DNA of 64,000 nt from a virus. The notes beneath the pieces were generated by a model. That model searched no databases. It was given only the letters and a program-made list of their open reading frames with translations, and had not been told where the DNA came from. Within the stretch, counting starts at the first letter, position 1. The number at the start of each line of letters is the position of its first letter. Of this stretch, positions 9,455-19,729 are shown in pieces. Made by a program: the position numbers and the translations under genes. The DNA is taken from positions 32,001-96,000 of the IMG/VR virus record IMGVR_UViG_3300009159_008968; one strand, given 5' to 3'.

Positions 9455-9739
9455 TTATTTTTCATTTTCAAAGTTCTTCCACAATTTATTTACTTGCTCT
9501 TCTTTGTTTTTGTTTTGAATTTCTTTTTCTTTTTCAGCATATATTTCTAAAACCTTTTTTTTAAGATCAGTCATTAAAAAATAAGTTCTAGTTTCAATTA
9601 ATGTTTTAGGATCATACTTATCAGCGGGAAAATCAAGTTCTTCAATAACTTTTCCATTAAGACTTAAAGTTAAAGTAAAATAATTTTTTTTACCGGCTTC
9701 TCTTAATTTTTGGAGAAGTTCTTTTTCATTTGATTCCAT
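9455..9739 (-). CDS. Hypothetical protein
   Basis: 94-aa ORF tightly packed in the replication operon. Confidence 0.6.
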   Translation of the reverse strand: MESNEKELLQKLREAGKKNYFTLTLSLNGKVIEELDFPADKYDPKTLIETRTYFLMTDLKKKVLEIYAEKEKEIQNKNKEEQVNKLWKNFENEK

Positions 9740-9745
9740 AACACA

Positions 9746-10777
9746 TTAACTATTTAAAACTTTTTTACTATACTCTTTTTCTTTTGTAACTAATCTATAA
9801 AAAGGCTTGAAGAATGATTCCATATCATTATTATAAACAAGTTTTGTATACCCATCTTTAATCATCATTTTCATTGCATTGTTTATACTTCTATCATTAA
9901 AATTATCATTAGTATATATGATACAATTTTTTAACTCTTCTATCTCACTTAAAGATTCTTCAGGCAAAAAAGGTTCTTTTAAATTCATAAGTTTTTTATT
10001 TCTCTCAAAAATTCTTCTGGAGCCAATTATTTTTTCAAGTGTTTTTAATTTTTTTGTTTTATAAAGTTCAACACTCTCTGAAATTACTCTATCAATATCA
10101 TATTCCTCATCTACGAACTTTGGAAAGAATTTTAATATTGTTTTTAAAGCTATACCTTCAATACCAGTAATATTATCAGAATCATCACCTTCAAAACATT
10201 TAAGCAGTAAAACGTTTTTTATATCATATCCAAATAATTCTTTAAAATTATGGATAGTAATTAATTTTTTATCAGATGGTCTTAATACTGAAACATTTTC
10301 ATTGATTAATTGGTAAAAATCTTGATCTGAACTATATATTACTACTTGTTCATTTTCATCTAAATATTGAACATATCCAGCAATTAAATCATCAGCTTCA
10401 ATAAAATCAACTTCAAGCTGGCGAATAAATAACTCTTCAAGATAATTTTTGACTTTTATTTTTTGATTTAATATACTGTATTTTCTTTGTTCTTCATACT
10501 TGTATATGTTATCGCTCATATGTTGTGAACTATGTAACCATGATTTATCTCTGTTGCCTTTATAGGATGGATAGATTTCCTTTCTTGATTTACCGGAAGC
10601 TTCTCCATCCCACATTACGACAACTCTATCTGGGAAAACATAATTCACAACAGAACGTAAACTATCAAGAAAACCAAAAGACCCTCCACAATGTTCACCT
10701 TTCAATGAAAACATTTCATTGAGCTTCATGAAATTTCTTTTCAGATTCCAATTCCCATCTACAATCAATGTCTTCAT
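9746..10777 (-). CDS. Stand-alone 5'-3' exonuclease / flap endonuclease (Pol I N-domain, T4 RNase H-like)
   Basis: LIVDGN, VVMWDG, RKEIYPSYKGNR, EADDLIA, SSDQDFYQL, GDDSDNITGIEGIALKT (helix-3-turn-helix). Confidence 0.92.
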   Translation of the reverse strand: MKTLIVDGNWNLKRNFMKLNEMFSLKGEHCGGSFGFLDSLRSVVNYVFPDRVVVMWDGEASGKSRKEIYPSYKGNRDKSWLHSSQHMSDNIYKYEEQRKYSILNQKIKVKNYLEELFIRQLEVDFIEADDLIAGYVQYLDENEQVVIYSSDQDFYQLINENVSVLRPSDKKLITIHNFKELFGYDIKNVLLLKCFEGDDSDNITGIEGIALKTILKFFPKFVDEEYDIDRVISESVELYKTKKLKTLEKIIGSRRIFERNKKLMNLKEPFLPEESLSEIEELKNCIIYTNDNFNDRSINNAMKMMIKDGYTKLVYNNDMESFFKPFYRLVTKEKEYSKKVLNS

Positions 10778-11871
10778 TATTCATCTGCTGTAACTTGATC
10801 CCAAAATTTGTCAAAATTCAAATCCCAATCATCTTTATATTTCTTTTTGTATTCATCAATAGCTTTTTTATCATCCATAATGAAACCGTGATCAGTACAA
10901 ACAATTTTACCTTTTGAAGTTACGTTTGTAATATGGTTTTTATCAACTACTAATGCAGATTTAATTGCAAATCCTACCTCATTACCATCTTTAACCGCTG
11001 TTACTTTAGAGGATCTTGACATTACACCACCCATTCTAAATACTAAAGTTGCAGCAAGATAAATTCCATCGCCACCACTATGTACTAAAGATGGTTGAGA
11101 TTGGCCCGGAGAACTTTGCGGATATGCACCACTTACAAAAAAAGCTGTTGCATTATAAGGAAAATCCTGCTTTTGGGTTGCTGTTATTCTATGCCACATA
11201 TATCTGTGGATTTTTTCTCTTAATAATTTAGCAGTTTCCATCATCGCTCTTCCTTTGCCTTCTTCGTTTGATAAATATTCTGCTCTTGATGGAGTTGAAC
11301 CAACACTATCCCAAAGGAAAACTATATCTTGTGGTAATTCTCCACTTTCTTGATAATCGAGCATTTCCTTCATGAAATCAATTCCTTCCTCAATATATTC
11401 TATTCCATCCTTCAAAATACAATTCTCTAGATCTAATCCCATTGTGGCTGCACGTTCTTTTGAGAATTTATTTTCTGTTATAATAAGAACAGGTAAAATC
11501 CCATTTTGTTGAGCACTTACTGCTAACTCAACTAACATAGTTGTTTTACCAACGTCACTTCGTCCAAACACCATTGAAATATGACCTTCTGGTATTCCCG
11601 GAAGATGTGTAGTTTCTTGAAATGCTGGTGACATCGGAATCCATGAAACAGGTTTTTTTGGAACCTCTTCATGTTTTATGTTTTTCTTAAAATCAGCTAA
11701 TGAAAATTGTTTTTTCTCTTTTACTACAATTTTCTTTTTAGGTTTTTCTTTTGGAGCTTCAGAATCAAATTGAGCTTCTAATTCTTCCTGTGTTAATTCA
11801 TCATCACTACGAGTACCGGTAAAATTCGCTAATGAAATATCATCGTTGTCTTCGGTTTTTTTCTTTGCCAT
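10777..11871 (-). CDS. recA: RecA/UvsX-family recombinase
   Basis: LPGIPEGHISMVFGRSDVGKTT Walker A, FLWDSVG Walker B, SGGDGIY..A, VDKNHI. Confidence 0.88.
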   Translation of the reverse strand: MAKKKTEDNDDISLANFTGTRSDDELTQEELEAQFDSEAPKEKPKKKIVVKEKKQFSLADFKKNIKHEEVPKKPVSWIPMSPAFQETTHLPGIPEGHISMVFGRSDVGKTTMLVELAVSAQQNGILPVLIITENKFSKERAATMGLDLENCILKDGIEYIEEGIDFMKEMLDYQESGELPQDIVFLWDSVGSTPSRAEYLSNEEGKGRAMMETAKLLREKIHRYMWHRITATQKQDFPYNATAFFVSGAYPQSSPGQSQPSLVHSGGDGIYLAATLVFRMGGVMSRSSKVTAVKDGNEVGFAIKSALVVDKNHITNVTSKGKIVCTDHGFIMDDKKAIDEYKKKYKDDWDLNFDKFWDQVTADE

Positions 11872-11882
11872 TTTATTTTATT

Positions 11883-12251
11883 TTAATTATTAAAAAATAT
11901 ATTTTCTTCTTCGTCCAAGTATTTATCCTTTACAGTATCGTACTCCTTTAATTCATCTATAATGTTTTCAGCATATTCATTATCTATTGGAGCCATATCA
12001 TACTTGTTTTCCTGAATATATTCTTTCATTTCCTCTAAAGTCATTCCTTCTAATTCAGGATGTGTTTCTGCGCTAATAAAAATTGGACCCTTGCTCATAT
12101 AGTGAACGTATGATTCTTCTAACCAAACTTCAACAACAGGTTTTTCTTCTTTTTTAGTAACCTTTGCTTTTACTGTAGTTTTTTTTGCAGTTTTCTTCGC
12201 AGTTTTCTTCGCAGTTTTCTTTGCGGGAGTTTTTTTAGTTTTTGTAGCCAT
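11883..12251 (-). CDS. Protein with histone H1-like AKKT repeats and an acidic C-terminal half
   Basis: N-terminus KKTPAKKTAKKTAKKTAKKT encoded by 12-bp tandem repeats near 12185-12226. Confidence 0.7.
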   Translation of the reverse strand: MATKTKKTPAKKTAKKTAKKTAKKTTVKAKVTKKEEKPVVEVWLEESYVHYMSKGPIFISAETHPELEGMTLEEMKEYIQENKYDMAPIDNEYAENIIDELKEYDTVKDKYLDEEENIFFNN

Positions 12252-12268
12252 GATTTTAATATTTTATA

Positions 12269-12595
12269 TTATTCGCTCATTTCAGGATTGTAAGGTTTCC
12301 AGTCATATTTTTTAGATTCCTTATCTCTACGTAAATAAAAAGTATTAGGATCTTCTTGTGTTTGACCAAATACTAAACTTGCTTTACATTTATAACATTT
12401 GATTTCAAGATATTTATATTTATTTTGAGCTAATCTTGCATTCAAATGAATGTTGTCACTTTCACACACTCCGCATTCTTCAATATCTCCAAAAGATAAT
12501 TTTTGAGCTTCCATTTGACACTCATAAGGATTTTTACCTTCAACCATAAAAGTAACAACCTCTTTTCCAATTTTTTTCTTAACAACTAATTGCAT
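12269..12595 (-). CDS. Putative zinc-ribbon protein
   Basis: CGVC-x23-CYKC; first gene of the recA operon. Confidence 0.65.
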   Translation of the reverse strand: MQLVVKKKIGKEVVTFMVEGKNPYECQMEAQKLSFGDIEECGVCESDNIHLNARLAQNKYKYLEIKCYKCKASLVFGQTQEDPNTFYLRRDKESKKYDWKPYNPEMSE

Positions 12596-12651
12596 TTATT
12601 ATAATTTTTTAAAATGTTAGATATTAAAAGTAATACATATAAATGAAAAAA

Positions 12652-14274
12652 TCAATTTATAGAATCAATTTCTTCTTCAATATTTTGTTCAGTACATTCC
12701 ATTAAATTTTTTCCTGTAATGTATTGAATATCAAAATTATATTTCCCATTTTTTTCCAGAATATTTCTAATATTTTCTAATAAATACATTTCTTCCGGAT
12801 GGATATCAAAAACAAAAGAATCAAATACCTGATACATAAATTGACTTTTTTTATCACTTAAGAGTTCTTTTATTTTAAAAAGTTTATCAACAACCATATC
12901 TGCTGCTATTGATTGGACATAGTTATTATAAGCAGCCCATTCTTTATTTGGATAAACTATTGTATTATAAGGATTTATAATAAATCCTTTTTCTTTAAAA
13001 TTTTCGGATAATTTTTTTGAATTATCAATTATAGGTTTGAGAAATTCTTTTATCTTATCAATTAATTTTATACTTAATTTATTTTCTTGTAAAATTGATT
13101 TGAGTTTATCATTTCCAACACCATATATTATAGCGTGATTTATTTGTTTTCCAATTTTTCGTTGTTCTGGAGTAATATCAGGCTTACCAAAAATTATTTT
13201 AGATGTTTCTAAGTGAAGATCACTATTTTTTAATTTTTCAATAAAACTCTCATCCTTAGTTAAATAAACTGAAAGTTTGGTTTCAAAAGAAACATAATCG
13301 AAAATTGCTATTTGGCCTTTATTAAATCCTGAAACGATTTCATTTCTTAATTCGCTGTTTTTTGGTAAAAGTTGTGGGTTAAATCTTTTATCAACACAAT
13401 TAATCCTTCCAGTAATAGTTCTTTTATTTGAATATTTTAAAATTAATTTCTTTCCGTTAGAAAAATTTATTATTTTATTTGAAAGCCAATTAGTTATTTG
13501 ATCTTTTTTATTAAATCTACTTAAAATATCTTTATTCTTTGCTATATCACAATTAAGTACATCATAAAATTTGTTCATTAGAAATACAAAATATTTCTCA
13601 TTAATTGGATAAGGAGAAAATTTATGCAAACTGGATTCAGTCAAAATAAAATTACTGCACATCCAACAAATGTTTTCTAATGTTTGAATTTCAAATTCAT
13701 TTAGATTTGAATAGTATGTAAAATTATCATAATTAAAAAAAACTAAATTGTATTTTTTTATGATATTTTTTAAGAAATCTTTTTTATTTAAAAAAGTATA
13801 ATCAATTGAATTTAAGTTAATACCACAAAATGATTTATCATTGAAAACATATAGAATATCATTTGATGATAAAAAACAAAAATTGATTTTATTAGAAAAT
13901 ATTTTTTCTAAATTATCATTTATGTCACCATCTAAAACACAATCAAAAGTTTTATAATTTTGGGGAAGATATTCTTTTAAAGATTTATTAAGAAATTTTT
14001 TTAAATCTTTTTCATTTATTTCCAAATCTTCCTCCGGAGAGAAAGTCCAATACAAATTTTTCCTTATTCTTTTTTGAGAGATTTTAACCTTATCAAAATT
14101 ATTTTTTACAAAACTCCAGCCAATTATTATTGTTGGTATTGCAAAATCTTCATTTAAATTAAAATCTTTATATGTGTTTATTCCAACGCAATAATTATCA
14201 TATTCAAAAGAATATGAGTTTATATTTGACTCAGACGTAAAAATTTGACAAAAATTAGTTTTTATAACTTTCAT
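12652..14274 (-). CDS. Minimal family A DNA polymerase-like protein
   Basis: RTITGR, motif A IFDYVSFE, motif B RKIGKQINHAIIYG, AYNNYVQSIAAD, motif C QVFDSF; no recognisable exonuclease motifs. Confidence 0.8.
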   Translation of the reverse strand: MKVIKTNFCQIFTSESNINSYSFEYDNYCVGINTYKDFNLNEDFAIPTIIIGWSFVKNNFDKVKISQKRIRKNLYWTFSPEEDLEINEKDLKKFLNKSLKEYLPQNYKTFDCVLDGDINDNLEKIFSNKINFCFLSSNDILYVFNDKSFCGINLNSIDYTFLNKKDFLKNIIKKYNLVFFNYDNFTYYSNLNEFEIQTLENICWMCSNFILTESSLHKFSPYPINEKYFVFLMNKFYDVLNCDIAKNKDILSRFNKKDQITNWLSNKIINFSNGKKLILKYSNKRTITGRINCVDKRFNPQLLPKNSELRNEIVSGFNKGQIAIFDYVSFETKLSVYLTKDESFIEKLKNSDLHLETSKIIFGKPDITPEQRKIGKQINHAIIYGVGNDKLKSILQENKLSIKLIDKIKEFLKPIIDNSKKLSENFKEKGFIINPYNTIVYPNKEWAAYNNYVQSIAADMVVDKLFKIKELLSDKKSQFMYQVFDSFVFDIHPEEMYLLENIRNILEKNGKYNFDIQYITGKNLMECTEQNIEEEIDSIN

Positions 14275-14279
14275 TCCTA

Positions 14280-14287
14280 CAAATGTA
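14280..14287 (-). promoter_or_regulatory. Bacteroidota -7 box
   Basis: TACATTTG 5 nt before ATG 14274; no clear -33 element. Confidence 0.45.
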
Positions 14288-14312
14288 AGAAAAAAAAATT
14301 ATAATTTTATAA

Positions 14313-17300
14313 TTAACCTTCGTTCATTCCTAATCTTTTTAACATTGCGACCAATTTAGGCGTTGGAGCAGAATCAGTATGAGTACCACCATTAGAAGAC
14401 CAGTGAGTGAAAATACCATAATTGGCTGAATTGCCTTTTCCATATTTAGGTACTCTTGGTGTACTTCCCGGTGCTGGTTTTCCATCAACAGCTCTAAATG
14501 TAAACGACCAAAGATTTTGACCTTGTATAGCCTGTTGTATTTTTGGATACCTTGTAAACAATTCTCTTATTAATTTTTCTAATGCTACAATTTGAGCATC
14601 AGTATATTCTTGATAATATTGATAACCTAACCAATTAAATCCTAAATTAACATTAGGAGGCATGATTGAACCCATAAATTTTTGACCATCATAATGGAAT
14701 CTTCCTCCAGCAGGGCTATAAAAAATAGGATTTCCATTATCACCATTACCTTTATCTGGCCTAGGTTCCATTTTTCCTAAATTACACATTTCAATTCCTA
14801 TTCCATGGTCATTCCAACTATTACCGTGAACAGAATAGATATCCTCTGGTATACCAGCTGCAGTTTTTCCTTGCCAATCTATTGCGTAATGAATACCTCC
14901 TGTTTTAAATGGACCTCCACAACTTCCTACGTGGTCAACTGTATCTACTGCATTCCTACCATATCCAGCAGTGAAATGTAAAGTTATAGAACGAACTTCT
15001 CTCTTGAAAAATTGTTTCTCTTTACCAGTGTGTATCCATATAAAACTATTTCCTCTTTTAACCGATGTACATGTATTGTCTGCATTTCGTTGTCCTTCTT
15101 CGTTGGGCGGTGCTAAACTAGTAGTTGCATTTGAATTAAATGGAACAGAAGGGGCAACAGCACCCTCAGGATATAATGTATCTAAAATTGTATAAACTCT
15201 AGTTCTATGTACTTTTTGATAATCGTCTCCAGCATTAACTTTTTTTGCTTCTTTTTCAATTGCTCTAATTAATTCTTCTTTTGGCTTATCAAGAGGAGCC
15301 ATATATTGGTATTTAGAAGATTTTGCATGAGTATATATTGCAAAACCTTGTATTGCTCCAGATGTAAATAAATCGTCCCAATCAGCATTAGAAGATTTTG
15401 TTAATATCACTTCTTTGTTTCCATTGTATGGACTTGCTTTCCAATTACCTTGATATTTTCTTACAATAGAATCAGTTCCAATGTATGTTAAAATAAACTC
15501 TACAAATTTTTCGTATTGACTTCTCCAAGTACTTTGAATGAATCCTCTGCCAGCAAATTTATAAAAGTCTGCTTCACTAATAAAAGTAGAACTTGTAGTT
15601 GCTGCATCTTGAACATTTGCAAATAAAGATTTTGGAAAAGTTGTTCCTTTCCAAGCTGCATCATTAGATTTGGCAACTTTAGGATCGGTACCAAATTTAA
15701 GACCTTTGAATGCATCAATATAATTTGGATTATTAAATAATTCTCCTGCAGTTTTATTTGGAGCTTTATTATAAGAAGCTTTGCTACGAGCATCTTTACC
15801 ATTAGTAGCTGGTAACGCATAAGCATCAAACGCATATGCTATTCCGGGATGTTCAGCATTACTTAAAGAATTCATTCCTTCGTGCTTACTTTGATAACTA
15901 CCTCCAGTTTCTTCATAAATAATAGCATTAAGTGCAACAAATTCTAAGAAATTGCACCCTGATGTTCCATAATCAGGCCAAACTATAGGTATAAGAAAAT
16001 CCCAAACACTCTTAAAATTAGCTGCATTTATTTTAGCATTACATAAAGGTTTTTTATTTCCAGCTAATTCAGCATTGAACCAAGTGGCAAAATCATTATA
16101 TTTATTTTTGGTGAATTCTTTTATAATCGGATTTATATCGTCTGTTTTTGTTATTTTTTTATTTTTTATTTTTTGTAAAAATGTATAATTTAAATCACCA
16201 CCAAAACCAAGATTTTCTGTTCCGCCTCCACCACCAACAGATCCACCGCCATCATAACTTTTTAAACTTGTTCTTGTAATTGGCATTACAGCAGCAAAAT
16301 TTTCACCACCACCATACTTCATTTTAACTGCATCAATGGTAGTTTCCATGTTGTTAGGAGTAATTTTATGTTGAACTTCTGTTATCCAATATAAACCAGT
16401 AAAAATAGGAAGACCTTCAACTGCTATTAATTGTGTTGGATACAACTGAGCATTACCAATTAAATCTAAAGATATTTTATAACTTCTTCCTTGCATTACT
16501 GCTAACATAGAACAATCAAAACTTTTTCTTTTATTTTGATTTTGAGGATTTGCAATATCACTTGTTGCTTGTATACTTTCAGATGTTACTTTATTGTCAT
16601 CTGTTCCAGCCTTAATTGATTTTACGATTACATTATTAGGATCGCCATATCGTAAACCTAAAATAGGTTGATCTATTTTATTTAATTGATCAAAGAAAGT
16701 ATCGTCTGGATAAATTGATTCATTACTATTATTTTTTAATAATCTATTTTCTGGTGTAGGGGCCCAAATAATTGATAAAGCGTTTTTACCAGCACCATAA
16801 TCTAATCCATTTGTTGGCAAAAAAATATCACGCAGGTCATCAGTTATTCCACCGGGAATAGGTTGTAATAAAAAATTATTCGTAGTGCAAATATTTTGCA
16901 TCATATTAAGAGTCGATGTCTGAGAATTATTTTCTAATAATGAATCTGTATTAATAATAGCATCTTTAATATCTATACCAGCAGTAACTTGATTTGCTAA
17001 TGGAAATTGAAAATTCAAATAGAAAAAAGAATTTTTGTCAGTTGATCTGTATGCATTTTCTAAAGCTGTTCTTAAATTCATCGATCTAGAGTTTGTACCA
17101 GCAGGCAAGCTCCCATTTCCTTCTAAATCATTAATATTTGCTAAAGCAATCCATGCTTGACAAATATGATGAAATTGTGTATAAACAGCGTTAATTTCAG
17201 CTTGATCATATGTGTAAGGTTGTGGCCCTGTAACTTCTGTTGTGGCTATGTCTGTAAATGCTCCGCCTCCGCCAAAAGCAGAAGCTGTTTGTGCATCTTG

Positions 17301-19727
17301 TACTTTTTTCTTTTTTACTTCTGAATCTGTTAAACTTAAATATGTTTTATTAGGATCTAATATAGCGCCACAAAAAAAGTATAAATAAGATCTAGTTAAT
17401 GTATTGTCTAAATCTATAACATATGAACTAGCATTTTTCATTGTTTTACCATCCAATAATCTAAAAATAAAATCATTAGGTTTTGGTGCTGAACCTTGTG
17501 CTCCACCACTTTTAGAATGTTGAACAAACATTTGTTGTGGTGTAAAATAAACTGAAGTATAAATTCCATTTGCATCAGGATTACCTAATAAATTATAATA
17601 ATCAATGAAAACAGATTTATTTTTATCATCAGTTTTAATCAAATCTGTTGCTCTAAACATTTGATAAAATGCTGAACTTGTAGTTCCAGTAATTGGAACT
17701 TTAGGATCTCCCATAGAAGGATCAAAAGTAGCTGTATCGGCTAACTTTTCACTAATTAAACTTTGGGCAGCTTGGACAGGATTACCATCCTTGGGAGAAG
17801 CATACACTATTATGTCGTTACCATCACCTAAAAGATTATTATTAAATAGATTATTTGTATTGGGTCCACCTAGAGTAGTAGCGACATCTTTAAGACTTTT
17901 AGGATTATGATATAAAATATCATTGTTATAAGTATATACAGATTTAAGAGTTGATGCGTCTTTGTTATAAAATTGAGCTGTTTCAGGAGCTTTAGGGAAT
18001 TTTCCAAAATATCCAGCTAAATAATTTTTAAGTGTTAAGTTTGCACTTGTAGTATAATTAAATTTTTGCGGGGATTTAAAAGCACCTGTGCCATCCCAAC
18101 TTTCTCTTATTACCTTACAAAATCTTGTTAAAGTTTCTTTTTCATTTCCCTTTAATTGATTCACTAATTCTTTGACATTTTCTAATTCAGAATCAATATA
18201 AAATTGAGCAGGTGATCCACTAATATCAGCAACAGAACCACCAAATCCAGAACCTAACAATCCTGCTCTTTGAATTAAATTAACAATTATAGAATCAGCG
18301 GTTGCAAAGTATGGTGAATTATCTCTAAATGTTTCAGCGTTTCCAATTTTTTTACTAAAAGTTCCGGGTGTAGCACCTTGAGTTGGATCTGCACTTTCAG
18401 TACCTTCTTTTTTGGCTTGAACTTCATCAATTACTTTATTAGCTTCTTGATTACCAATATAAAATGCTTTAACAAATTCCTTAACTTTTGCTATTTCTTG
18501 TGTATCAGCTCCATTCCATGGAATTTGTTCTCCAAGTGTAGTTGCTTCAGCATTTGGGTTTTTATTTTCAAACAAAGGATAATAGTTGCCAAATATTTCA
18601 TTATTTGTTAGCCTACTACTATCACTATTAAATCCTGCAAGACCACCTTCTAAAATATATCCGAGAATATAAGCACAATCACCAGCCAATCTTGTCATTA
18701 CATTGCCTATTGATTGGGTATCTAAAACTTTATTTTCTACACTAGAATAAGCTTGTGTTTTTGATAGATCTTGTACTATTTTTAAATTTTCATTTAGTAT
18801 TTTTTTTACATTTGCTTCTTGAATTTGTACAGAATCTATTGTTGTAGAAGCACTTAATTTTTTAAAGTCATCATTAAGATTTATTTGCGTTGTTGAATTT
18901 ATGCTTAAAAAAATTGATTTACCATAAACTTCTAATTGATTATCTGCTATTTTATTGAGTAATTCGCCTTTTGGGTTTTTTGTATTAATATTAAATGATA
19001 TTGATTTAAAATTTTTTCCAATTAAATCACTATCTCCGAGAATTGGATCTAATTTTAATGTTCCATCTCGAAAAGCAGTACCAATTGCATTATAGTTTCC
19101 AGAAAATGTTTGTAATTGTGAAATTAATGGGCCATATTTATCTGTAGCTTGTTGAATTTGAATGTTTATATCAAAACCAACTTTTGCTATTTCAATAATA
19201 GAACTATCAGATCCGTTTGTAGTATCGCCATTAATTTTTTTTAATTCTTTTACAGCAAACAAAAATTGATATGGTATATCATTAAGAAAACCAAAAACAT
19301 TAGGAACAAATTCTGCTTTAATTTCATAACTTCCGTCTGTTGGTACAAAAGTTGTTTTTACGGATTTAACTTGTAATAAAAAACTTACAGGTTTTCCAAG
19401 GTATCCTTTAACATATAATCTAAATTTTGGATATGGTAATTGAAATAATACTTTATAATTAAATTCTGATTCTTGATCATTAAAAATTAAATTTCCATAT
19501 AAATCTTTAAATGTTATACTTACTACAGGCTGTAAGTTTGGCTTTATATCTATATCAATACTAGTAATACCAAATCCTAAATTACTTTGAAATGGACCTA
19601 TTCTATAAGAATCAAGACCAGTCATATTAATAGGTTTACCTCCTCCAATAGGAGTTGCTTCTAGATAGAAATCCAGTGTTAAATCTTGTGGTCTAATTTC
19701 ACTATCTTTAGTATGAATTACTGCCAT
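14313..19727 (-). CDS. Baseplate hub / tail-associated peptidoglycan hydrolase (GH19-like plus Amidase_2)
   Basis: N-terminal hub-like region; late-control-D-like segment (LIGNAQLYP...GLYWITEVQHKI); EETGG...E and GRGFIQSTW..QY (GH19/lysozyme-like); ITLHFTAG, IHYAID, IGIEMCN, YTDAQ, THW (Amidase_2). Confidence 0.82.
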   Translation of the reverse strand: MAVIHTKDSEIRPQDLTLDFYLEATPIGGGKPINMTGLDSYRIGPFQSNLGFGITSIDIDIKPNLQPVVSITFKDLYGNLIFNDQESEFNYKVLFQLPYPKFRLYVKGYLGKPVSFLLQVKSVKTTFVPTDGSYEIKAEFVPNVFGFLNDIPYQFLFAVKELKKINGDTTNGSDSSIIEIAKVGFDINIQIQQATDKYGPLISQLQTFSGNYNAIGTAFRDGTLKLDPILGDSDLIGKNFKSISFNINTKNPKGELLNKIADNQLEVYGKSIFLSINSTTQINLNDDFKKLSASTTIDSVQIQEANVKKILNENLKIVQDLSKTQAYSSVENKVLDTQSIGNVMTRLAGDCAYILGYILEGGLAGFNSDSSRLTNNEIFGNYYPLFENKNPNAEATTLGEQIPWNGADTQEIAKVKEFVKAFYIGNQEANKVIDEVQAKKEGTESADPTQGATPGTFSKKIGNAETFRDNSPYFATADSIIVNLIQRAGLLGSGFGGSVADISGSPAQFYIDSELENVKELVNQLKGNEKETLTRFCKVIRESWDGTGAFKSPQKFNYTTSANLTLKNYLAGYFGKFPKAPETAQFYNKDASTLKSVYTYNNDILYHNPKSLKDVATTLGGPNTNNLFNNNLLGDGNDIIVYASPKDGNPVQAAQSLISEKLADTATFDPSMGDPKVPITGTTSSAFYQMFRATDLIKTDDKNKSVFIDYYNLLGNPDANGIYTSVYFTPQQMFVQHSKSGGAQGSAPKPNDFIFRLLDGKTMKNASSYVIDLDNTLTRSYLYFFCGAILDPNKTYLSLTDSEVKKKKVQDAQTASAFGGGGAFTDIATTEVTGPQPYTYDQAEINAVYTQFHHICQAWIALANINDLEGNGSLPAGTNSRSMNLRTALENAYRSTDKNSFFYLNFQFPLANQVTAGIDIKDAIINTDSLLENNSQTSTLNMMQNICTTNNFLLQPIPGGITDDLRDIFLPTNGLDYGAGKNALSIIWAPTPENRLLKNNSNESIYPDDTFFDQLNKIDQPILGLRYGDPNNVIVKSIKAGTDDNKVTSESIQATSDIANPQNQNKRKSFDCSMLAVMQGRSYKISLDLIGNAQLYPTQLIAVEGLPIFTGLYWITEVQHKITPNNMETTIDAVKMKYGGGENFAAVMPITRTSLKSYDGGGSVGGGGGTENLGFGGDLNYTFLQKIKNKKITKTDDINPIIKEFTKNKYNDFATWFNAELAGNKKPLCNAKINAANFKSVWDFLIPIVWPDYGTSGCNFLEFVALNAIIYEETGGSYQSKHEGMNSLSNAEHPGIAYAFDAYALPATNGKDARSKASYNKAPNKTAGELFNNPNYIDAFKGLKFGTDPKVAKSNDAAWKGTTFPKSLFANVQDAATTSSTFISEADFYKFAGRGFIQSTWRSQYEKFVEFILTYIGTDSIVRKYQGNWKASPYNGNKEVILTKSSNADWDDLFTSGAIQGFAIYTHAKSSKYQYMAPLDKPKEELIRAIEKEAKKVNAGDDYQKVHRTRVYTILDTLYPEGAVAPSVPFNSNATTSLAPPNEEGQRNADNTCTSVKRGNSFIWIHTGKEKQFFKREVRSITLHFTAGYGRNAVDTVDHVGSCGGPFKTGGIHYAIDWQGKTAAGIPEDIYSVHGNSWNDHGIGIEMCNLGKMEPRPDKGNGDNGNPIFYSPAGGRFHYDGQKFMGSIMPPNVNLGFNWLGYQYYQEYTDAQIVALEKLIRELFTRYPKIQQAIQGQNLWSFTFRAVDGKPAPGSTPRVPKYGKGNSANYGIFTHWSSNGGTHTDSAPTPKLVAMLKRLGMNEG

Positions 19728-19729
19728 TT

